Assembly (NCBI GenBank): GCA_023264875.1
Contig: JAHFUX010000006.1
Span: 1,303-65,302, forward strand
DNA: 64,000 bases
Source of the DNA: Nitrosarchaeum sp.
GTDB lineage: Archaea; Thermoproteota; Nitrososphaeria; Nitrososphaerales; Nitrosopumilaceae
Reading direction: 5' to 3'
Positions 57,747 to 64,000 of this stretch are shown in pieces. The notes under the pieces are model-generated. The model was given only the letters and a program-made list of their open reading frames with translations, ran no database searches and was not told the DNA's origin. A program made the translations under genes and the position numbers. Positions within the stretch are counted from its first letter, which is position 1. Each line of letters opens with the position of its first letter.

Positions 57747-57806
57747 TTGACGCCTTCGATTAGTGGTCTAGGCATGCTATAAACGACCACTATTCCAAGT
57801 CGTTGA
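57747..57806 (+). ncRNA. Candidate structured small RNA (hairpin B)
   Basis: About 60-nt imperfect hairpin with core TAGTGGTC (57761-57768) / GACCACTA (57785-57792); TTTATAT at 57722-57728. Confidence 0.5.
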
Positions 57807-57808
57807 TT

Positions 57809-58141
57809 CTAAATTTCATTTAGGTGAATTTGTAGTGCTTTTTTTATTTCCTCTTTTTTTAATGCAATTTTACTGCTCCCAATTTTTAGACTGTCTGCAT
57901 CATCAATTGGTGATAATCTGTAAGCTAGAAAATCAGATAACAAATCTAAATTAAAATCATTGTTCTTTTTTAGATTTATTTTTAAATATTTTTCTTGTAT
58001 GCCTCCATCCTTTGTTAAACCACCTGATGGAAAAATTCGAATATCCTCATTGATCTTATTTTCATTTAATTTTTTTCCAAAAATTACATTGTCTATGTCA
58101 TTACCCTTATGAAAATGAAGTATGGTAATCATAAATTCCAT
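57809..58141 (-). CDS. Hypothetical protein
   Basis: 110-aa ORF. Confidence 0.55.
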   Translation of the reverse strand: MEFMITILHFHKGNDIDNVIFGKKLNENKINEDIRIFPSGGLTKDGGIQEKYLKINLKKNNDFNLDLLSDFLAYRLSPIDDADSLKIGSSKIALKKEEIKKALQIHLNEI

Positions 58142-58183
58142 AAAATTCTGTATGTTATCTAAAATAAAGAGGCTTCCTTGTGA

Positions 58184-58330
58184 CTATTTTTTCTTTAGCA
58201 GTGCATCTTCCGGTGTTTTATCTTGATTAATTTGCCAATGCCAATTGTGATGTTTTTTCCAATGTTCTTCTAATTGTTGAATTGTAGGTTCTTTTCCTAA
58301 AGGTGTTCCACAAATTTTACACTGCCTCAC
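58184..58330 (-). CDS. 48-aa C2H2 Zn-finger micro-protein
   Basis: Manual translation MRQCKICGTPLGKEPTIQQLEEHWKKHHNWHWQINQDKTPEDALLKKK*. Confidence 0.75.
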   Translation of the reverse strand: MRQCKICGTPLGKEPTIQQLEEHWKKHHNWHWQINQDKTPEDALLKKK

Positions 58331-58396
58331 AAATTTTTGTAAATTTCTGTAAAATTAAGGATTGCTTTTTCTTTGATTGATAATCCACTGTTTATC

Positions 58397-58756
58397 CTAT
58401 TTTGATTTTTGTTTTCTACTCTTGAATTCTTGTGATTTTTGTCTTTTTCTTTGTTGCTCTAGATTCATAATCAGATATGTTTTTCCTGCCTCACACAGCT
58501 TCATTTCGCCAGTAAATTCATCATGAATTGATTCTAAGGTTCCATCTGTCAAAAGCATGCCTACAATTTCCCATGCTTTGTCTTCCTGTATTTCAAATTT
58601 GTAAGAAAGTGTTGAAACTTTGGTATAGTAACCATTTTTTGAATTACGTAAAATAAAATCCCTGATTTTATCTTCTGTTGTCTGTGTTTTTGGTCGTGAT
58701 GATCTGTTGCCAAATTTCTTAAATGGTCTATTGTTTTCTGGCATATTTTTTTTCAT
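58397..58756 (-). CDS. Basic hypothetical protein, possibly wHTH
   Basis: 119-aa ORF with basic termini. Confidence 0.7.
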   Translation of the reverse strand: MKKNMPENNRPFKKFGNRSSRPKTQTTEDKIRDFILRNSKNGYYTKVSTLSYKFEIQEDKAWEIVGMLLTDGTLESIHDEFTGEMKLCEAGKTYLIMNLEQQRKRQKSQEFKSRKQKSK

Positions 58757-58828
58757 GATTTGCTGCTATTTTAGGACTTTGAACAACAAAACCTAAAGAC
58801 TTTTTGAATTCATCTGGTATTGATTTTC

Positions 58829-58957
58829 ATGAGTGAAAAGGCAAGAAGAATTGAGGAATTAAGAATGAAAACTGGTAGAAGCAAGCGTTGTCTTGATTGC
58901 AAAAAACATCGATGTATTATTGATAGTTGTCAATGCAGTTGTCATTTGAAAAGCTAA
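58829..58957 (+). CDS. 42-aa Cys-rich micro-protein with CxCxCH end
   Basis: Manual translation MSEKARRIEELRMKTGRSKRCLDCKKHRCIIDSCQCSCHLKS*. Confidence 0.65.
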   Translation: MSEKARRIEELRMKTGRSKRCLDCKKHRCIIDSCQCSCHLKS

Positions 58958-59131
58958 CTGGCATCAAAGACCTATGTGTCAGACCTGAATGACGAGCTTC
59001 ACTGCTCTAGCCTGAAAGAGGTTGTGGGTATTGTTCATTTCCCAATCTAGCCAATTAGCAACTAGCATTACACCTTTCATCAATAAAGAGTTTAAAATCT
59101 GGCTTAATTGTTGTTTTTAACCTATATACCA

Positions 59132-59254
59132 TTAGAATGATTTTGAGTCCATTTTCCTTGAATCCATCATGATGATTTTATGACACTTACAAAAGCAATT
59201 AGCATGAATCATATCGTGAGTATTTCTGTATTCACATTCTTTAGTATGTTCCAT
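59132..59254 (-). CDS. 40-aa Cys/His micro-protein with CxCxCH motif
   Basis: Manual translation MEHTKECEYRNTHDMIHANCFCKCHKIIMMDSRKMDSKSF*. Confidence 0.55.
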   Translation of the reverse strand: MEHTKECEYRNTHDMIHANCFCKCHKIIMMDSRKMDSKSF

Positions 59255-59401
59255 ATGATATTTTATTTTCAATTTTTATACACTTAAAGATTAACGAATA
59301 TTAGGTCATTAGCAATGCACACGATGAACATTACAATACGTATTGAATTGCTTTAAAAGTATTAAATTGGAATTTAAAAGAAAAAAATTTGCTTCACTTG
59401 A

Positions 59402-59452
59402 TTATTTCTTTTTTGAAGCTTTTTTTGCTGCTGCTTTTTTCTTGGCTGCCAT
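59402..59452 (-). CDS. 16-aa Lys/Ala-rich peptide
   Basis: Manual translation MAAKKKAAAKKASKKK*. Confidence 0.5.
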   Translation of the reverse strand: MAAKKKAAAKKASKKK

Positions 59453-59597
59453 AATGCAAACGATGATTTACTTGAATTTCCAACATTGATGTAAAAAAAT
59501 TAGACAAAATGGATATTGATCGGAACACAATTTTAGTCTATTTAGAATTAAAAAATAATTGAATTTCATCAAAAATATTTAGTGATTTGTCAATTCC

Positions 59598-60191
59598 TTA
59601 TTTTGTATTGATTGAATCTGGATCGTTATTTCCTGAAATATATTTATCTCCTAATTCTGCCTTCATTTTTTCATCAAATTCTTCTTGTAATCTTGTTAGA
59701 TAGATTTCTGCTTCCGTTTCGTCATCTGGAATTCCTGTATTTACATTGTAATTGAAACCCGTCGCTAGATGGTAAAACTTCTCAAAGAATTCCTTGCAAT
59801 CTATTACGTCTGCATGAGAATCAACTGCTACTACCAGACAATCACTGTCTTTTCTAAATTTTAAACAAATTTCTTCATCAATCATGGTATCTACTATTAC
59901 TGCCATGAGATACGGAATTAATGATTCATCTATTCTCTGATTATTCTTGGCATTTGTTATCCATAATTCATAACCGTCTACAAGATATTCAAACGTGCTA
60001 ACTATGATTTCTCTGATATTGCTATCTAGATGTGCTAGTTTTGATTTCCATGATCTCTCTTCTTTATTTCCAGGTTTTACATACATTACATCAAATTTTA
60101 TTTCTTCGTGAATTTGCTCATATTCCCAAATTTGCTTGTTTGTCCACATAGGTGAATACTTTTCGATTAGTGCTACAGTTAATTTATCCAA
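59598..60191 (-). CDS. Acidic hypothetical protein
   Basis: 197-aa ORF; no recognised motif. Confidence 0.65.
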   Translation of the reverse strand: MDKLTVALIEKYSPMWTNKQIWEYEQIHEEIKFDVMYVKPGNKEERSWKSKLAHLDSNIREIIVSTFEYLVDGYELWITNAKNNQRIDESLIPYLMAVIVDTMIDEEICLKFRKDSDCLVVAVDSHADVIDCKEFFEKFYHLATGFNYNVNTGIPDDETEAEIYLTRLQEEFDEKMKAELGDKYISGNNDPDSINTK

Positions 60192-60264
60192 TATTCTGAA
60201 TCAACTAGACGGTTGTTTATGCTTATCTTATAGAACCACTTAAATTTTTTTACTGTGTTTTATT

Positions 60265-60480
60265 TTAGTTTTTGATATTTGATTTTAAAAATGCTAATGT
60301 GCATTCTGCAAGTTCTTTATCTGAATGTTTTTTGATGGCGTGCTTGCAGTTAGGGCATGTACCTCTGTCTTCCTCAATAAAATCATCCCCCACTTGTTTC
60401 ATACAACATTCCATTAGTTCTGCAGTAGAATGTGATTCCATGGCTAGTTTGCATGTAGGACATTCAGTCAAATTTTTCAC
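60265..60480 (-). CDS. Tandem C2HC-type Zn-binding repeat protein
   Basis: CPTC.....HS..EL.EC and CPNC.....HS..EL.EC. Confidence 0.75.
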   Translation of the reverse strand: MKNLTECPTCKLAMESHSTAELMECCMKQVGDDFIEEDRGTCPNCKHAIKKHSDKELAECTLAFLKSNIKN

Positions 60481-60709
60481 CTATGTGAGAATCAAAGCCA
60501 TATCATGGAAAGTAACTTGTATCCAAACAAGTCCTGCTATGATTGAAATTAATGTAATGTTCAATATTTTGCATCTATTTTTCTATTTTAGTTTATCAAA
60601 ATAAAAGTTTCTCAATTTAAAAATTATTTGTATGTTCATTGATGTTGACTAAAATTTCATGGATTTGGAATTTTATGACATGTTTTAGATGAAACAAACA
60701 ACTTTTTTG

Positions 60710-60862
60710 TTATTTTTTAAACAGCTCTAATTCTTCTAGGATTTTACCCATGGAATGTTTCCATCTTCTCATTGCATCAATATCATGTGGTCTGCTATTT
60801 TCTAGTTCTTCTTTTTGTTTTAGTAATTCTTGATATCTTTTCTCATCAATTTTTTTGACCAT
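60710..60862 (-). CDS. 50-aa helical micro-protein
   Basis: Manual translation MVKKIDEKRYQELLKQKEELENSRPHDIDAMRRWKHSMGKILEELELFKK*. Confidence 0.65.
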   Translation of the reverse strand: MVKKIDEKRYQELLKQKEELENSRPHDIDAMRRWKHSMGKILEELELFKK

Positions 60863-61015
60863 ACGTTTCCTTTTTGCTCCTATATTTGAATAAATTCCCC
60901 TATGATTAGTTTTGATTCATTTTATGCCTACATTTTTTAATTTTAGGTTTTGTCTAATATTATGACTTGTTAATACATAGAAAGTTTTACTTATTACAAT
61001 AAATAATTTTTTTTA

Positions 61016-61909
61016 TTGAAATTACTACTTTTAGTTGTTCTGGTAATTGGTGTTTTGGGATACCTGTGGTATGCAAATCTATTGCCATTTGATACCACTA
61101 CCGAACTAGTCAAATCTTCTGAAAAAGTTAAGGAATTATCTAAAATTGTTACTAAAAACGAGCAAAAAGTCATCTATTACTCAATTCAAGCAATTCCAAA
61201 TCTCCCTGATGAGCAAATTCCATTAAATGCATTACATAAAGCACTTGGTGCCTGGAAATCACTTAATCCTAATTTAGATTTTGTAGAATCAGATAATCCT
61301 GGCATTGAGATTAGATGGCAAGTATATGCCTCTGAAACTCATTCTGGTCTGGCTACTTGTAATTCTGCATTATTTGGAATCTTGAATCATTGTGTGTTGG
61401 ATATTTCTGTTGGTAATGAAGATTGTAATGGTAATTATGTTCAAAATGATGAAAACATGGTTTCCAATATAATAATGCACGAGATAGGTCATGCCATTGG
61501 ATTAGGACACAGTGCTGATAAAACCCATCTAATGTATTCAGATGAATCGTCTATTGTCGATTTTGATTCACAGGGGTTTGTTGTACCTAAAAAATTTGAA
61601 GAACTCTATGTTGGACAAAAATCTCTACTTGATCAAGACAGTGAAATTCGAAGTCAACTTGAATCATTGGATAAAAAAATCTCACGTACAAAATCACAAT
61701 ATGATGAATATTATAAACAATATGAATACTATGATGGAAAAACTTTACCTCAGGACGAATTTGAAAAAGCACAGAGAATCCTAGATAAATTAAATTCTGA
61801 AGCCGACAAGATTAATTTGTTAATTGATCAACAAAATCAATTAATTAATCAAAGTAACTCTATTCTAGAAATTCTAGACTGTCATCCTAATTTTGATGTT
61901 CAAGACTAG
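61016..61909 (+). CDS. Membrane-anchored matrixin-family (metzincin) metalloprotease with C-terminal coiled coil
   Basis: HEIGHAIGLGHS plus Met-turn HLMY; N-terminal TM helix. Confidence 0.92.
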   Translation: MKLLLLVVLVIGVLGYLWYANLLPFDTTTELVKSSEKVKELSKIVTKNEQKVIYYSIQAIPNLPDEQIPLNALHKALGAWKSLNPNLDFVESDNPGIEIRWQVYASETHSGLATCNSALFGILNHCVLDISVGNEDCNGNYVQNDENMVSNIIMHEIGHAIGLGHSADKTHLMYSDESSIVDFDSQGFVVPKKFEELYVGQKSLLDQDSEIRSQLESLDKKISRTKSQYDEYYKQYEYYDGKTLPQDEFEKAQRILDKLNSEADKINLLIDQQNQLINQSNSILEILDCHPNFDVQD

Positions 61910-62379
61910 TTTCATTTTGCAGTATGTTGTAAATACAAATTAAATTATTTTTGCTTGTTATTTGATGTCGTATAATAAGATAAAACCTACAATTAATGAT
62001 ACTACTGAAATTCCCATAGAAATCATAAATTTTAGATTCACAAATTATTTTGATTTTATCTTAAATTAATAGTTTTTAAAGGAAAGCAAGCAAGTTTAAT
62101 GTCTTTTTTGCATCTGTCCCTTTGGGGGATATGTTAAAGCCATCAAACATGCAAACAGCCTTGCTTCCAATATTTTGTATATTCTAATTTTTGAAAAACT
62201 CTTAAAATAAAACGTGTCGTGTTAATTGATCAAAGTGGTTTGAAAAAATGATCCATTCATACCTAAATCTATTATTTTCCTAAAATATTCTCTAATCTAG
62301 GCATATCTATTTGGTTTGTGTTTCAAATTACACACACTGTTTCTTTTAATCTATCTTGAAATAGCATTATCGAGTCATC

Positions 62380-62445
62380 GTGTTTGACGGCATTCCTACG
62401 TTTGCCTTACAGACCATACCCTAGAATTCATTGGCCGTCAAACAC
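62380..62445. repeat. Intergenic hairpin C
   Basis: Perfect 12-bp arms GTGTTTGACGGC (62380-62391) / GCCGTCAAACAC (62434-62445) around a 42-nt loop. Confidence 0.65.
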
Positions 62446-62500
62446 ATCTTTAATTCTAAACCAAACATTTTCAAATCTGTTAGGTATTGAAATAGTCTTG

Positions 62501-62701
62501 ATGATAATTTGTAAGGGTGCTAGAAAAATAAACAAAGTCGAAAAATGTAATTTTCTATATGATGGCACTTGGGGTGATGCACAACTTGTTGAACACCAAA
62601 AACAACATCAATTATTAGAAGATGAAAATTATCTGTGGCTGGGATTTGACATGCCTCAATCATTTGGCAATTACAGTGGTCGTGATGGAAAAAGAATTTA
62701 A
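62501..62701 (+). CDS. Small C2H2-like protein
   Basis: MIICKG...KCNF...EHQKQH; start placed at ATG 62501. Confidence 0.65.
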   Translation: MIICKGARKINKVEKCNFLYDGTWGDAQLVEHQKQHQLLEDENYLWLGFDMPQSFGNYSGRDGKRI

Positions 62702-62812
62702 CTTTTTTATTGGTTGTTTTTTGCTTGCTATTTTTTAAAACTGACGTAATTTTGTGGCTAATTTTCATAGTAGAAATAAATAATTTTATTCCCACATATA
62801 ACAAACAATTTC

Positions 62813-63355
62813 ATGAGTCAAAATAATACTCTCTCTTGGTCTAAGGATTATTTTTTGGATTGGTTAGATTTTCAAGCTGAATCTAATCCTGCTGTATTTG
62901 AAGATGTTCATAGTACCATCAAATACCGATATACTTGGACTGTGAATTCTGATAGTATTGGTAATCAAATTAGATTCTTTATTGAAAATATTAATTTGAC
63001 TGCTGAATTTTATCCCTTACTTTCTTGGGTAAGGCAATCCCAAGCAACTTCTCAACTCTTAAAACATGAACAAGGGCATTTTGATTTTGCAGAACTACTT
63101 AGGTCTGAAATTACAGAACAAATTCAGAATGTGTTTAATGGAAAAAAATTTCCTACTAGAGGACAAAATCCAGAGCAACAAAAACAATTTGCCCGTGAAG
63201 ATTCTAACTTGCTAATTGCAAATGAAATTGAAAGATGGGAGAAATATCTTTTTGAAAAACAAGAAGAATATGACAAACAAACCAATTATGGACAGATAGT
63301 AGAAAAACAACAAGAATATGATGTTATGTTCAAAAAATTACGAAATACGCTCTAA
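62813..63355 (+). CDS. DUF922 family putative Zn-dependent peptidase
   Basis: L.W.DFQ, SWV, LLKHEQGHFD.AE, Q.EYD.QT.YG. Confidence 0.9.
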   Translation: MSQNNTLSWSKDYFLDWLDFQAESNPAVFEDVHSTIKYRYTWTVNSDSIGNQIRFFIENINLTAEFYPLLSWVRQSQATSQLLKHEQGHFDFAELLRSEITEQIQNVFNGKKFPTRGQNPEQQKQFAREDSNLLIANEIERWEKYLFEKQEEYDKQTNYGQIVEKQQEYDVMFKKLRNTL

Positions 63356-63388
63356 TCTAGCCTACGTACGATTTGTCTTGTTTTTTAT

Positions 63389-63652
63389 TTACCCTTGTTT
63401 AATCATTTTATTTTCAGGAATCGAATTGATGTAATTAACAAGACCGCGATAATATTTTAGATGAAAATTTAAATCTTTGATCTCTGTTTGTTTTAGCTCT
63501 TCTAATTCTGGTCCAAACTCTCGTTTATCTAATTGTATTTGATTTAATGTATTTTCATTTATCTCAATCATGTGAAATAAACTGTGTAATACTTCGCCTT
63601 TTGTCAGTGTTTTATCACATGATCTTTTTAGTAAAACTTCAACCCATTCCAT
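63389..63652 (-). CDS. Hypothetical protein
   Basis: 87-aa ORF. Confidence 0.65.
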   Translation of the reverse strand: MEWVEVLLKRSCDKTLTKGEVLHSLFHMIEINENTLNQIQLDKREFGPELEELKQTEIKDLNFHLKYYRGLVNYINSIPENKMIKQG

Positions 63653-63755
63653 ATTTTTTATTTCAAAATTGTTATTTGTATTCCTAAATGTATATTTTCT
63701 AACCTTTGCTCTAATTTTGTTTAGTGATTATTAATTTGAGAAATATGAAACGAGG

Positions 63756-63887
63756 CTAGCCTTTTTTTGCATTCTTTTTTTTATCCATTATCTCTTGATT
63801 TCTTTCAATGTCTGAATGAATCTCCACATGATCATACAAGGCTTCTTTAGAATCAAAAAGTTGCTCGCAATAATAACACTGGTGCAC
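63756..63887 (-). CDS. 43-aa C2H2 Zn-finger micro-protein
   Basis: Manual translation MHQCYYCEQLFDSKEALYDHVEIHSDIERNQEIMDKKKNAKKG* (GTG start). Confidence 0.75.
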   Translation of the reverse strand: MHQCYYCEQLFDSKEALYDHVEIHSDIERNQEIMDKKKNAKKG

Positions 63888-64000
63888 TTCTTGCTTACGT
63901 CGATCTTAAATTAATTACTTTCTCTATATTTACGCCTGACTAAAATACTGATAATTTAGAACAAGAGAAGTTTATGTGAAAATCAATGAGTTTCTAATGC

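Noticed and set aside
57746-57757. TGACGCCT, like the 3' pseudoknot strand of a fluoride riboswitch
   Set aside because: The required upstream GGCGATGG..TCGCC stem is absent.
57749-57780. 5' part resembles a tRNA-Glu/Gln acceptor and D arm (CTTCGATTAGTGGTCTAGG)
   Set aside because: No anticodon arm, T-loop (TTCGA/TTCAA) or matching 3' acceptor strand; the segment is self-complementary instead.
58968-59022. Hammerhead-like words CTGAATGA ... GAAA
   Set aside because: Extra base in CUGANGA, stem II is not adjacent to GAAA, stem III is mismatched and the cleavage triplet would end in G.
2034-63652. Many 60-140-aa ORFs antisense or out of frame to recognised genes (e.g. 4031, 8782, 17438, 25511, 27784, 43990)
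   Set aside because: Shadow ORFs of real genes with no motifs of their own.
1-64000. CRISPR array, tRNA/rRNA genes, IS elements, integrase or provirus
   Set aside because: No regularly spaced repeats, cloverleaf, long GC-rich RNA gene, transposase, integrase or virion gene was recognised by eye.

Overview
AT-rich chromosomal window from an ammonia-oxidising archaeon (Nitrosopumilaceae; Nitrosopumilus/Nitrosarchaeum-like). The assignment rests on archaeal-type ThrRS, Alba, Rpo6/K, eS25, eS26, TrmB regulators and thaumarchaeal signalling domains. Layout: (1) 0.1-9.2 kb, a signalling/regulatory cluster with two stand-alone receivers, a His-less DHp-like mini-protein, two TrmB, an orphan membrane sensor-like protein and a HEAT protein resembling one half of deoxyhypusine hydroxylase. 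(2) 9.4-20.6 kb, a divergent type IV pilus locus: ATPase and two TadC-like proteins on one side; a TackOD1-like Zn protein, four pilins and a large anchored surface protein on the other. (3) 21-45 kb, housekeeping genes (menA-like, rpoK, rps25e, CBS-TrkH, thrS, speB, rps26e, NAD kinase-HTH, pyrG, trpEGDCBA) and a probable C/D box sRNA. (4) 45-64 kb, an accessory region with glycosyltransferases, redox enzymes, a phage-type PD-(D/E)xK nuclease and peptidases. Manual reading found many micro-ORFs below the 60-aa track cutoff, including three CxCxCH peptides and a 16-aa Lys/Ala peptide, plus three intergenic hairpins sharing a GACCA(C)TA core. No tRNA, rRNA, CRISPR array, transposase or integrase was recognised. 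All family calls come from motif recognition by eye; no database search was run.
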